Positions 31,168 through 40,688 of a stretch of DNA of 64,000 nt are shown piece after piece. A program made the translations under genes and the position numbers. The stretch comes from Candidatus Spongiisociaceae bacterium (GTDB taxonomy: Bacteria > Actinomycetota > Acidimicrobiia > Spongiisociales > Spongiisociaceae). Numbering within the stretch: the stretch's first letter is position 1; every line of letters starts with the position of its first letter. The stretch covers positions 160,001 through 224,000 of the forward strand of contig OZ253564.1 in the NCBI GenBank assembly GCA_965262915.1, written 5' to 3'. The notes under the pieces were generated by a model. The model made no database searches. It worked only from the letters and a program-made list of their open reading frames with translations, and was not told where the DNA came from.

Positions 31168-32499
31168 TCAGATGTCGAAGTAGGAAACCGGACCCGGAAC
31201 GAAGCCCATCAACCGCTGGTAGGTCTGGACTATCTGCCGCTCCGTCATACCGGCCAGCAGATCAGCAGTCAAGCGCTGTGGACTATCCCCGCTATAGAGC
31301 CGATCCCGGGTCGCCTGCGTTAGTAAGGCAAGGGCACGATCCTTCTTGCTCTCTATCGCCTCCAAGTAGATCCCGAAGAGCTTTGCGAGCATCCTTCGTT
31401 GTCCCGCTCGGATGCTTACAAGACGTGGGTGCTCGATCACGTAATACTTCGTAAGCTCCTTTAGGAGCGTGACGTCGGTTCTGGCCCGCTCCTCGATCTT
31501 GACGGTTCTTGCGTCATCCTCGGCGGGCTCACACAGGGAGATGGCGTTGGTGAAAGTAGTTATCAGACCCGAGGCCGCCTCCCGTAATGTATCGCGCTGA
31601 TGCCCACCGCCATCGAACGGGGCATCGAGCCGCGAGAAGCCAGGATCCAGAAGAGAGACAAGCCGCTTTCCTAGCTCTGTCTCGTCCGTCGCGAGGTACG
31701 GCTTCTCACGATGGATCGCCGCGGCTGCGCGCTCGATCTCCGGTGTCACAGGACCAGGCCGACCATAGGAACCGTACCCATGAAGATGCTCGAGCGGAAT
31801 GAGACCAGCTTTGTAGAAGTCTTCCATGTCGTGAACGGCGTAGGTGATGTCATCGGCCCAGTCCATGAGTTCGGCCTCAACGCTCCGCTGTCCCTCCTGG
31901 AGGCCCACTCCCTCCCGGGCCCACGCGAAGCTTTCGGCGTCCTCCCTGTAAGCACCCCACTTACGCCCTCGGTCACCGCCCTTCTCCCACAGCCATGGAT
32001 ATTTCAGGATCGCGTTGAGTGACGCTCTTGTGAGGTCCAGCCCCGGTGGGACCTGATCGGCATACCGGACGGCCAGCCTGGTCACGATCCGAAACGACTG
32101 CGGGTTCCCCTCAAAACCCTCCTCAAGACAGCGATCACGCATTGCCGTGCAGATCACGTCCTCACCGCCATGGCCGAATGGCGGGTGACCGAGGTCGTGA
32201 GCAAGGCCGGCCGTCTCCACAACGTCGGGATCAGGCCCTCCGTACGCCTTCAACAAATCGGGGGATGACTTCTTGCTGAGGCGCTCGGCCATCCGGCGTC
32301 CTACCTGTGCCACCTTGAGTGAGTGGGTCAGACGGTTGTGGAAGACATCACCTTCGATTGCCGACACGACCTGCGTGACCCCGCTGAGACGACGGAACTC
32401 GTCCGAGTAGAGAACCCGATCGCGATCACGCTGGAACTCGCTCCGGTACTCGTCCTCTTTCTGCTCGGATCCCGAGTATCGATCCTCCCGTGCGTTCAT
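31168..32499 (-). CDS. dgt: dGTP triphosphohydrolase (dGTPase, HD domain)
   Basis: FQRDRDRVLYS..FRRL..TQV, RLTHSLKV, AHDLGHPPFGH.GE, FEGN.Q and ADDITY.VHD.ED. Confidence 0.9.
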   Translation of the reverse strand: MNAREDRYSGSEQKEDEYRSEFQRDRDRVLYSDEFRRLSGVTQVVSAIEGDVFHNRLTHSLKVAQVGRRMAERLSKKSSPDLLKAYGGPDPDVVETAGLAHDLGHPPFGHGGEDVICTAMRDRCLEEGFEGNPQSFRIVTRLAVRYADQVPPGLDLTRASLNAILKYPWLWEKGGDRGRKWGAYREDAESFAWAREGVGLQEGQRSVEAELMDWADDITYAVHDMEDFYKAGLIPLEHLHGYGSYGRPGPVTPEIERAAAAIHREKPYLATDETELGKRLVSLLDPGFSRLDAPFDGGGHQRDTLREAASGLITTFTNAISLCEPAEDDARTVKIEERARTDVTLLKELTKYYVIEHPRLVSIRAGQRRMLAKLFGIYLEAIESKKDRALALLTQATRDRLYSGDSPQRLTADLLAGMTERQIVQTYQRLMGFVPGPVSYFDI

Positions 32500-32750
32500 C
32501 GACGGACTAGACGAATGCCCTTGATCGTCGTATATAAGTGTCCGCGACTCATAAGTTCGGATACCGCTATGCACACGTGCGCGTGGCTGAACTCCGGATC
32601 ATCGAGCCGACGCATCACCTCTCGCACGTTCAAGATCAGAGGTTCGTCCTCGAAGAGCTTCAGTACCCGTCGTCTACGCTCCTCGCGCGCGGCCATCGCC
32701 TGCATTACTCGATACCTGCGGTTATCGCGCGCCGTGGCGGCCTGCTGCAT
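32496..32750 (-). CDS. Small hypothetical protein, possible winged helix
   Basis: 84-aa ORF with an AGGGG RBS; its TGA overlaps the dGTPase ATG (ATGA). Confidence 0.55.
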   Translation of the reverse strand: MQQAATARDNRRYRVMQAMAAREERRRRVLKLFEDEPLILNVREVMRRLDDPEFSHAHVCIAVSELMSRGHLYTTIKGIRLVRR

Positions 32751-32830
32751 GGTGGTCCCCTATCCGTAGTCGGAGTTACACCAATGTAATAACACAAGGG
32801 TGTGACAGAGCGTATACGGCCGGTCTTTCT

Positions 32831-33802
32831 TTAGGCGCACCTGATGTCGTCGGGATCCCAGCGGAAGGAGACCGGCGGCTCACGAGAGATGCGCTCCCGC
32901 GTTTTCAGCCACAGGTCCCGCCACACGCCCGGATTTCTGACGACGGACTCCGGATCGGCCTCGCTGCGGACCAACACGCTGGGCGCCCAGTCCCTGCCGG
33001 TGGGTTGGCCGACCGGTGAGTAACGAAGGTCGAAGCTCCAGCGCAGGTCGTCGCTCAGGTTCGGGAGGGAGGAGTGCACGGTCCGCCGGTGCATGAACAG
33101 GACATCTCCCGGTTCCATCTCAACCGGTACCGCTCCCGGCGGGACACGCTCCTCCGGGATGTGCAACCCTTTGGTCGTCGGTGTGTCCAGGCAGTGCAGG
33201 ATCAGGTCATCCCGATGGCTACCGGGAACCACCACGACGCATCCGGTTTCGACGCTGGCCACGGTCAGCGGGATCCAGACCGTAAGGATGTCGGTGCTGT
33301 CACCGGCCTCATGCACCACACTCTGATCCTGATGCCAGACGGTCCTAGAGATCATCGTGTTGAAATACAGTTCTTCGGGCACCAGGTGCTGCGGCGGCTT
33401 CATCCGGGCGTGCTGCACCGGGTGGACGAGGATCTCCGGACCGATGAAGGTCTCCGCTGCGTCCAGCAACCTCTCGTTGGCCAGCAGACCGAAGACCGCC
33501 GGGCCGAGATGGATGGGGGTGTCCATGGTCGTCCGGGCGCCCGGTAAGCAGATGTCCGTATACCGGAAGATCTCCCCGCCCGTATCCACGGCGAGGCGGA
33601 CCACCCGTTGGCCGAGCGGCAGGTCCGAGTAGCGATCCGAGATCACGTCATCCGCCTGCAGCCGGGCGGAGGCCTCTTCGATCAGATCCTCGTACTCCTC
33701 GAACAGCGGCAGGAGATCCGCCACGGGGTCGAGCAGGCCTCCCCAGACGACGTAACCGGCTTCCTCCAAGGCTCGTTTCCGAGTCAAATCGGTGACGATC
33801 AT
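32831..33802 (-). CDS. PhyH-family Fe(II)/2OG dioxygenase
   Basis: WHQD, TVWIPL, PGSH, PGDVLFMH..TVHSSLPN and RWSFDLRY. Confidence 0.9.
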   Translation of the reverse strand: MIVTDLTRKRALEEAGYVVWGGLLDPVADLLPLFEEYEDLIEEASARLQADDVISDRYSDLPLGQRVVRLAVDTGGEIFRYTDICLPGARTTMDTPIHLGPAVFGLLANERLLDAAETFIGPEILVHPVQHARMKPPQHLVPEELYFNTMISRTVWHQDQSVVHEAGDSTDILTVWIPLTVASVETGCVVVVPGSHRDDLILHCLDTPTTKGLHIPEERVPPGAVPVEMEPGDVLFMHRRTVHSSLPNLSDDLRWSFDLRYSPVGQPTGRDWAPSVLVRSEADPESVVRNPGVWRDLWLKTRERISREPPVSFRWDPDDIRCA

Positions 33803-34309
33803 CGTGGCCTCCAACCGCTTTTCCCAGGGACCGCAACAGGCAAGGTGCCGGCAACCCGTCGACCCGATGCCCTCGCCCTGGTCCATGCGAATCGTAGTGA
33901 GAAGGTACACGGAGAGGTATGTGTCTCGCGAAGAATATGCCACGCGAAGGGGTTGACCCCGTCACAGTCATGTCGCGCTATGGGTATTGCCAAACACCGC
34001 GCGGTCTCGAACCCGACGTCATTCGACCGCCCGAGGGATCATCGAATCTCGGAACGAAGTCGCCTCCTGCAGGCAGGACAGGACGCGTTCCGAGCCCAGG
34101 CAAGGTGGTGGCGGGGGTGGGCCCGGAGGGAAGGCCGGCGCCGGCTGTTTTCGCGACCTGAGGGTCTGCTGTAGCCCACCCGGCTGGCAAAGGCGTCCAA
34201 TCCTGACTGCGCCGGGCGTCTTCGGATCCCCGCTGGGGTCAAGCGTCCGAGGGCTACACTCGGCCACCGGCGGCGAGGCATTCCTACAGGATCCGGACCG
34301 TCCGAGCCC

Positions 34310-35821
34310 TTGTTTCCCCCAGAGGTCGCCAACTTGCTCCCATCTTCCATAGCCGGGCATCTCGACGGTTACCTGCAGGACCGGCGCGCAGCGGATGTGC
34401 TGGTCGTCGGAGGGGGAACGGCGGGATTCGTGGTTGCCATCGCCGCGGCCCGAAACGGCGCCGAGACCATCCTCGCCGAGTACCTGCCGTTCCTGGGAGG
34501 AACGCATGGGGGCGGAGCGATGGTGATGGGGACCATCGGTTTCCGGCCGACCGGCGAGAGCAGCCATCGGGTGGAGGCGGCGGGTGAATTGATGGTAGGC
34601 GGCATCCCCTTGGAGTACTACGACCGGATGCTCGCGGGGCGGGCCACGTCCGGCATCCCCGGCGATCCCAGCAATGCCTGGCCCAAGGACCTAGAGATCA
34701 GCAAGGTCGTCATCGAGGAGATGGTCTCCGAAGCCGGGGCGGACATCTGGTTCATGACCCAACTCGTGGATGTCATCGTCGACGACGGCGCGGTCGTGGG
34801 CGCCCTCGTCACCAGAGGAGGCGGTCTGGTGCGCATCGACACCCGGGTCATCGTCGATGCCAGCGGCGACGGCATCGCCTCGGTTCAGGCAGGCGCCCGC
34901 TACGAGGTCGGAAGGTCGAGCGACAACAAGAGCGAGGCCGCCACGCTGTACTTCGAGATGGCCGGTATCGACCTGGACGGCTTGCTCGACTACTTGGCGG
35001 ACCATCCGGAGGACATCAGCCACCATCACCGCAACCGGGGGGTCTCGGCGGCGACCCTCCGCCGGGACTGGGAGGCCGACGGCCCCTTCGTCGTACGTCT
35101 CGGGGTCAAATACGCCTCTTCGAGCAAGGCCGGGCTCCTCCCCACACCGGTGGGCGCCGAGCACTCGGCCCACACCGAACCCAGCCTGGGAACGTTCTGG
35201 ATGCACTGGCGGGACGGCCGGTGGGTGGCCTCGAGCTTCTCGGTCAACATGGACACCACCTACGGTCTGGACCCCCGCGACCGCGATGCCTACGACGACG
35301 CCCTCGTAGCTACCCGCCGGTTCGTACTGGACATGGTGCGCTACTACCAGGCCAACGCCCCCGGCTTCGAGAACGCCTACCTGCTGAGGTTCGCCACGTT
35401 GCTGGGGGTCCGGGAGGGCCCCCGCATCCTCGGCCGGTACCTGCTGACCGAGGAGGATGTGAGAGCAGCCTCGGACTTCCCGGATGCGGTGGGCCGGTGC
35501 GGCGTCCGGATCGATATCCATCCCGAGGACCCGGGCGGGCGGGAGTTCCTGCTCTCGGACGTGGGCGGGGAGCGCGGCTGGTACCAGATCCCCTACCGGG
35601 CGCTGGTGGCCGCCGATGTCGACGGTCTGATGATGGCCGGACGCAACATCTCGGCCGACCACGTCGCCCACGGGTCGGCCCGCCACCAGGTCACCTGTAT
35701 GATGATCGGCCAGGCAGCAGGCACGGGCGCAGCCATCGCCACCAGTCAAGGGGTGGCGCCACATGACATCGACATCACGCTACTCAAGTCCACCTTGCGG
35801 CGTCAGGGAGCGATCATATGA
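34310..35821 (+). CDS. FAD-dependent oxidoreductase (FAD_oxidored-type)
   Basis: DVLVVGGGTAG, VDASGDG, GVRE.PRI.G.Y and YQIPYRAL..AGRNIS..GQAAG; start uncertain. Confidence 0.88.
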   Translation: MFPPEVANLLPSSIAGHLDGYLQDRRAADVLVVGGGTAGFVVAIAAARNGAETILAEYLPFLGGTHGGGAMVMGTIGFRPTGESSHRVEAAGELMVGGIPLEYYDRMLAGRATSGIPGDPSNAWPKDLEISKVVIEEMVSEAGADIWFMTQLVDVIVDDGAVVGALVTRGGGLVRIDTRVIVDASGDGIASVQAGARYEVGRSSDNKSEAATLYFEMAGIDLDGLLDYLADHPEDISHHHRNRGVSAATLRRDWEADGPFVVRLGVKYASSSKAGLLPTPVGAEHSAHTEPSLGTFWMHWRDGRWVASSFSVNMDTTYGLDPRDRDAYDDALVATRRFVLDMVRYYQANAPGFENAYLLRFATLLGVREGPRILGRYLLTEEDVRAASDFPDAVGRCGVRIDIHPEDPGGREFLLSDVGGERGWYQIPYRALVAADVDGLMMAGRNISADHVAHGSARHQVTCMMIGQAAGTGAAIATSQGVAPHDIDITLLKSTLRRQGAII

Positions 35822-35851
35822 ACGGCTTCACGAGCCCGGACAGGACTCCCG

Positions 35852-36652
35852 GTGCTAGGTGACCTGAGCGGCCGGACCGCGGTCGTCACCGGTGCCGGAG
35901 GGGGCCTGGGCAGGGCGATGGCGCTCGCCCTGGCCGAGTACGGCGCCCGGGTGGCAGTGACCGACCTGCACGAGACCCGGGCCCGGGAGACCGCCGGCCT
36001 GCTGCCCGGCGACCCGCTGGCCCTCGAGCTCGATGTCACCTCGCTCGAATCCGTTTCGGCGGGCGCCGAGTCAGTAATAGAGGCTATGGGACCACCCCAC
36101 ATCCTGATCAACAATGCCGGTATCGCGTCCGCCACCATGGGACGGGAAGGCGCCCTCGACCGAGACGAGGACTGGACCGCCATCCTGCTGGTAAACATCC
36201 AGGGCACCGTCCGCTGCTGCGAGGCTTTCCTCCCCGGCATGAAGGAGAGACGTCGGGGAAAGATCATCAACGTCGGCTCGATGGCCGGTCATGCCGCCCG
36301 CCAGATCGGCGGTGCCTACGCCACCAGCAAGGCCGCCATCCTCCGATACACCAAGGGCTTGGCGGTCGAGGTAGCGCCGTTCGGGATCAACGTGAACGCA
36401 GTCTGCCCGGGCGCGGTGTGGACACCCCTCCAGGAGCGGGGCATCGCCTACCGTCAGAGCCAGGACCCCGAACTCGCAGCCAGGGACCCGTACGAGGTCT
36501 TCACCTCCAACTACGCGCAGACGATTCCACTCGGACGGCCGCAGACCACCGAGGAGGTCGGCGCGGCGGTCGTCTTCCTGGCTTCGAGCGCCGCCGACAG
36601 TATCACCGGACAGTGCCTGCACGTGGACGGTGGCGCCATCCTCCGGGATTGA
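35852..36652 (+). CDS. SDR family oxidoreductase
   Basis: TGAGGGLG, NNAG and YATSK. Confidence 0.92.
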   Translation: MLGDLSGRTAVVTGAGGGLGRAMALALAEYGARVAVTDLHETRARETAGLLPGDPLALELDVTSLESVSAGAESVIEAMGPPHILINNAGIASATMGREGALDRDEDWTAILLVNIQGTVRCCEAFLPGMKERRRGKIINVGSMAGHAARQIGGAYATSKAAILRYTKGLAVEVAPFGINVNAVCPGAVWTPLQERGIAYRQSQDPELAARDPYEVFTSNYAQTIPLGRPQTTEEVGAAVVFLASSAADSITGQCLHVDGGAILRD

Positions 36653-36689
36653 GTGGCCTCGGGGCGGCGAGGGTGAGAGGGGAAGCTCC

Positions 36690-37811
36690 ATGAAGACAGT
36701 CGGCCTCAGGTTCTCCTCGTACCGATGGCAGAGACCTCGCCCGATCCACAACGGGCTGTTCACCTACTCGGAGGCGTGCGTGGGGCTGGTCGAGATCGAG
36801 ACCGACGAGGGCATCACCGGATACGGCCTGACCACCGATCCCCTCATCGGGAACGGGAACCTGATCATCTCCGAGACGATCCGCACCCTGGCCCCGGTGA
36901 TCCTCGGGCGCGATCCGCTGCGCAACGAACACATCTGGGCCGATCTGTGGCGGCCCAAGCTCATCGGGCGCCGTGGCCTGACCACGAGGGCGATCAGCGC
37001 CGTGGACATAGCCCTTTGGGACATCAAGGCCAAAGCCGCCGGCCTGCCGCTCGACATACTGCTCGGCGGGTACAGGGACCGCATACCCGGCTACGTCGCC
37101 GGTGGCTACTACGAGGAGGGCAAGGGTATCGGCGAGCTGCAGGAGGAGGTGTCCGGGTACGTGAGCCTGGGCGCCAAGGCGCTGAAGATGAAGATCGGGG
37201 GTATGCGGATACGTGAGGACGTGGAACGGGTCGCAGCGGTTCGGGATGCGGTCGGTCCCGACATCGACATCCTGCTGGATGCAAACGGCGCATACATGGT
37301 GTTCGACGCCATCAAGATCGCCCGCGCCCTCGAGCCGCTCGACATCTTCTGGTTCGAGGAACCCATACATCCGGAGGACTACGAGGGGCTGGCCCGGGTG
37401 GCGCACAGCACCACCATCCCCATCGCCGCCGGGGAGAACGAGTACACCAAGCACGGCTTCCGTGACCTGATCGAGCGGGGCGCCGTCAGCATCCTCAACG
37501 CCGACGCCCAGATCCTGGGCGGCATCACCGAGTTCATGAAGGTGGCGGCGATCGCCCAGGCGCACAACATCCCGATCGCCCCGCACGGTCACCAGCACAT
37601 CCACACCCCGCTGGTGGCGGCGATACCCAACGGGCTGATCATCGAGTACTACCCGTCGTCGGTGGTACCGGGAGCGACCGCCATGCTGCGCCGGACCGTC
37701 GGCTTCGACAGCGACGGCTACGTGCGGCCGCTGGAGGATCCGGGCCTCGGCATCGAGATCGACCCCGATGTACCGAGCGAGCTGCACTTCGAGATGGGCC
37801 TGTCGCCCTGA
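36690..37811 (+). CDS. Mandelate racemase/muconate lactonizing enzyme family protein
   Basis: SAVDIALWD, KMK, DAN, FEEP, GENE and APH. Confidence 0.92.
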   Translation: MKTVGLRFSSYRWQRPRPIHNGLFTYSEACVGLVEIETDEGITGYGLTTDPLIGNGNLIISETIRTLAPVILGRDPLRNEHIWADLWRPKLIGRRGLTTRAISAVDIALWDIKAKAAGLPLDILLGGYRDRIPGYVAGGYYEEGKGIGELQEEVSGYVSLGAKALKMKIGGMRIREDVERVAAVRDAVGPDIDILLDANGAYMVFDAIKIARALEPLDIFWFEEPIHPEDYEGLARVAHSTTIPIAAGENEYTKHGFRDLIERGAVSILNADAQILGGITEFMKVAAIAQAHNIPIAPHGHQHIHTPLVAAIPNGLIIEYYPSSVVPGATAMLRRTVGFDSDGYVRPLEDPGLGIEIDPDVPSELHFEMGLSP

Positions 37812-37847
37812 GGACGCCACCGGACGGATTCGAGATGGAGAGGCAGG

Positions 37848-38978
37848 ATGGCTGACCGGATCGAACGCATCGACGTACGGATCGTCTCGGTCCCGCTGCC
37901 GGTTCCCGTGGCGTGGTCGAACGTGCGGGTCTCCGAGCGGGAGTACGTGCTGGTGTGGATCCATACCACCGACGGAGGCACCGGCGTTGGTTTCACGGTA
38001 GGTTCCCGGTTCCGGGGCGGCGCGGCCGTGATCCGCTCCGCCATACAGAACGCCTTGAGCCCGGTCATCGTGGGGCGGGATCCGGCGGAGATCGAACGGT
38101 TGTGGGAGGACATGGCGTTCGAGACCCTCCTGCTGGGCGCTCGGGGAGCGGTGACCCGTGGCCGCTCCGCGGTCGACATCGCCCTATGGGACCTGCTCGC
38201 CAAGCGAGCCGGCCTGCGCCTCTGCGACCTGCTCGGCCGGTACCGGCTCCGGGTACCCGCCTACGCCAGCGGCGGCTACTACTACCACGACGACCCGGAG
38301 CGGGACCTCGAGAATCTCGAGGAGGAGGTGAGGCGGCATGTCGGGCTGGGCTTCGGGGGCGTCAAGATCAAGATCGGTCGGCTCCCGATCCGGGACGACC
38401 TGCGGCGGGTCGAGCGAGTACTCGAAGCGGTCGGACCGGGGGTGAAGGTGGCGGTGGACTGCAACCACGCCTGGCCCGACGCATCCAGCGCCATCCGCAA
38501 CCTGCGTCACCTGGACGATCTGGGGCTGTGGTGGATCGAAGAGCCGGTCCTGCCCGACCGCATGAAGGCCTCGGCTCGGATCGCCGCGGCCCTCACGACG
38601 CCGGTGGCGACCGGGGAAATCGAAGCCGGCCTCGCCTCCTTCCAGCGACTCATCGACATGGGGGCCGCCGGCATCCTCCAGCCCGACGCCACGGTCGTGG
38701 GCGGGATCACGGAATGGGTGAAGATCGCCCATGCGGCCGAAGCCCAGGACATGGTCCTGGCCCCGCACTGGGTACCGGACATCCACGTCCATCTGGGCGC
38801 GGCCACCCCCAACGTCGAGGTGCTCGAGTACTTCCACGCCGGGGTGGGGGTTCTCAACTTCGAGAGCCTCCTGGAGGAGACCCTGCGGTTCGAGAACGGT
38901 GAGCTCCTGGTCCCGCCCCGTCCCGGGCACGGGATCAGACTCGACAAGGATGCGATAGACAGATTCGAGGTGCAGTGA
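37848..38978 (+). CDS. Mandelate racemase/muconate lactonizing enzyme family protein
   Basis: SAVDIALWD, KIK, DCN, IEEP, TGE, QPD and APH. Confidence 0.92.
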   Translation: MADRIERIDVRIVSVPLPVPVAWSNVRVSEREYVLVWIHTTDGGTGVGFTVGSRFRGGAAVIRSAIQNALSPVIVGRDPAEIERLWEDMAFETLLLGARGAVTRGRSAVDIALWDLLAKRAGLRLCDLLGRYRLRVPAYASGGYYYHDDPERDLENLEEEVRRHVGLGFGGVKIKIGRLPIRDDLRRVERVLEAVGPGVKVAVDCNHAWPDASSAIRNLRHLDDLGLWWIEEPVLPDRMKASARIAAALTTPVATGEIEAGLASFQRLIDMGAAGILQPDATVVGGITEWVKIAHAAEAQDMVLAPHWVPDIHVHLGAATPNVEVLEYFHAGVGVLNFESLLEETLRFENGELLVPPRPGHGIRLDKDAIDRFEVQ

Positions 38979-39760
38979 TGCCAGACTGGGGCTTGGTCGG
39001 CAGCGTGGCTCTCGTGACGGGCGCCGCCGGTGGCATCGGACAGGTCATCGCCAACCGGCTTGCCGAGGCCGGAGCGCGGGTGTACGCGAGCGACATGGTG
39101 CCCGAGGGCGTGGACCAGGGCGAGACCGGCCTGATCGTCCCGATCGAGCTGGACGTGACAAACTGCCATGCCGTCCGCGAAGTGATCGGGCGCATCGCAG
39201 AGGAGTCAGGGAAGCTGGATGTGCTGGTCAACAACGCCGGCCTCATCAGGCCCGCCGGCCTGTTCGAGTTGACGGAAGCCGACTGGGACGTGACGCTGGA
39301 TGTCAACACCAAGGGTCTGCTGTTCTGCACCCAGGCCGCCGCCGTGGTGATGCGAGCCTCGGACGAACCCGGCCCGGCGGGCCGGTCGATCGTGAACATC
39401 GCCTCCACCGCCGGGCGGGACGGGCGCACCATGTCCCCTCCCTACGCCGCCAGCAAGGCCGCCGTCATCAACATCACCCGCTCGACCGCCCGGATCCTTG
39501 CGCCGGACGGTATCCGGGTGAACGCGGTATGCCCCGGCGTCGTCGACACCGCCTTCAACGCCCGCCTCGGCGAGCAGTTCGCCCCGGCGGAGGGGATGGA
39601 ACCGCGGGCGTGGGTCTTACGACGAGCGGAGCACATACCAATGGGCAGGCTGGCGGACCCCGACGAGGTGGCGACCGTGGTGCGGTTCCTGGCGTCGTCC
39701 TACGCCTCCTACGTGACAGGCCAGTCGATCAACGTCGACGGCGGGCTCTTGATGAACTAG
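38975..39760 (+). CDS. SDR family oxidoreductase
   Basis: TGAAGGIG, NNAG, YAASK and TGQSINVDGG. Confidence 0.92.
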   Translation: MMPDWGLVGSVALVTGAAGGIGQVIANRLAEAGARVYASDMVPEGVDQGETGLIVPIELDVTNCHAVREVIGRIAEESGKLDVLVNNAGLIRPAGLFELTEADWDVTLDVNTKGLLFCTQAAAVVMRASDEPGPAGRSIVNIASTAGRDGRTMSPPYAASKAAVINITRSTARILAPDGIRVNAVCPGVVDTAFNARLGEQFAPAEGMEPRAWVLRRAEHIPMGRLADPDEVATVVRFLASSYASYVTGQSINVDGGLLMN

Positions 39761-40588
39761 GGCGTGTTCACCTAAAGTTACACTGATGTGATATCATTAC
39801 GATATGACAATAACACAAGAACAATACCAACTCATAGTAGACGTGTTCCCGAAACCCCGCGGTACCGTCAAGGTATCCAACCTCCAAGCCCTCAACGGCA
39901 TCCTGTACGTACTGGAGCACGGCTGCAAGTGGCGGGCGCTTCCCGAACGGTTCGGGAACTGGCACACCGTTTACATGCGGATGAGCCGCTGGGCGGCCAG
40001 CGGCGTCTTGGACCGGGTGTTCCAGCGTCTACAGCAGGAACAGCTCATCGACCTCGAAGTTCTGGGCCTGGACAGCACGTCGGTCAAGGTTCATCCCGAC
40101 GGCTGTGGTGCTCTCCGAAAGCGGGGTCCCCAGGCCATCGGTCGCTCCCGGGGAGGGTTGAACACCAAGATCCACATGGTCGCGGCCAGCGCTTGTAGCG
40201 CCGTCTTATTCGCTCTTTCCCCAGGTCAGGACCATGATGCTCCCCATGGGCGGGAGCTCCTCAAAAAGATGGGCCCACGAAAAAAGGAGCAGGAAGGGGA
40301 GCAGCTAGAGCTGTTCCTGGTAGCGGACCGCGCCTATGAAGGGGACGAAACACGGCAACTGGCCGTCGCTCTGGGCTACACGCCGGTCATCCCACCCCGA
40401 AGCAACCGCCGCCACCCGTGGGACTACAACCGTCCGATATACAAGCGACGGAACGAGGTCGAACGGCTCTTCCGACGGCTCAAAGGCTACCGGCGTGTCT
40501 TCACCCGCTACGACAAACTCGACGTGATGTTCCTAGCATTCATCACCCTCGCGCTCATACACGACACGCTCAGAAACGTGAACACGCC
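39761..40588 (+). mobile_element. IS5-family insertion sequence, apparently intact
   Basis: Perfect IRs GGCGTGTTCAC / GTGAACACGCC, each flanked by CTAG (39757-39760, 40589-40592). Confidence 0.92.
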
Positions 40589-40592
40589 CTAG
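39804..40592 (+). CDS. IS5-family transposase
   Basis: GCKWRALPERFGNW, LDSTSVKVH, GRSRGGLNTKIH, ADRAY and YKRRNEVERLF; single open frame. Confidence 0.93.
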   Translation: MTITQEQYQLIVDVFPKPRGTVKVSNLQALNGILYVLEHGCKWRALPERFGNWHTVYMRMSRWAASGVLDRVFQRLQQEQLIDLEVLGLDSTSVKVHPDGCGALRKRGPQAIGRSRGGLNTKIHMVAASACSAVLFALSPGQDHDAPHGRELLKKMGPRKKEQEGEQLELFLVADRAYEGDETRQLAVALGYTPVIPPRSNRRHPWDYNRPIYKRRNEVERLFRRLKGYRRVFTRYDKLDVMFLAFITLALIHDTLRNVNTP

Positions 40593-40688
40593 GTGCCAGG
40601 TGCCAGGTGCCAGGTGCCAGGTGCCGGTTGCCGGTTGCCGGTTGCCGGTTGCCGGTTGCCGGTTGCCGGTTGCCGGTTGCCGGTTGTT
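40591..40688. repeat. Compound heptamer array (AGGTGCC)x5 (GGTTGCC)x8 plus one degenerate unit
   Basis: Counted directly; fills the whole gap between the transposase stop and the ATPase stop. Confidence 0.95.

Noticed and set aside
33803-34309. 500-bp intergenic region as an ncRNA or riboswitch
   Set aside because: No recognisable motif by eye; consistent with a divergent promoter region.
40591-40688. Heptamer array as a CRISPR array or as a coding repeat (ORF 40418-40741)
   Set aside because: It has no spacers, and the ORF is an off-frame read-through of the IS end and repeat.
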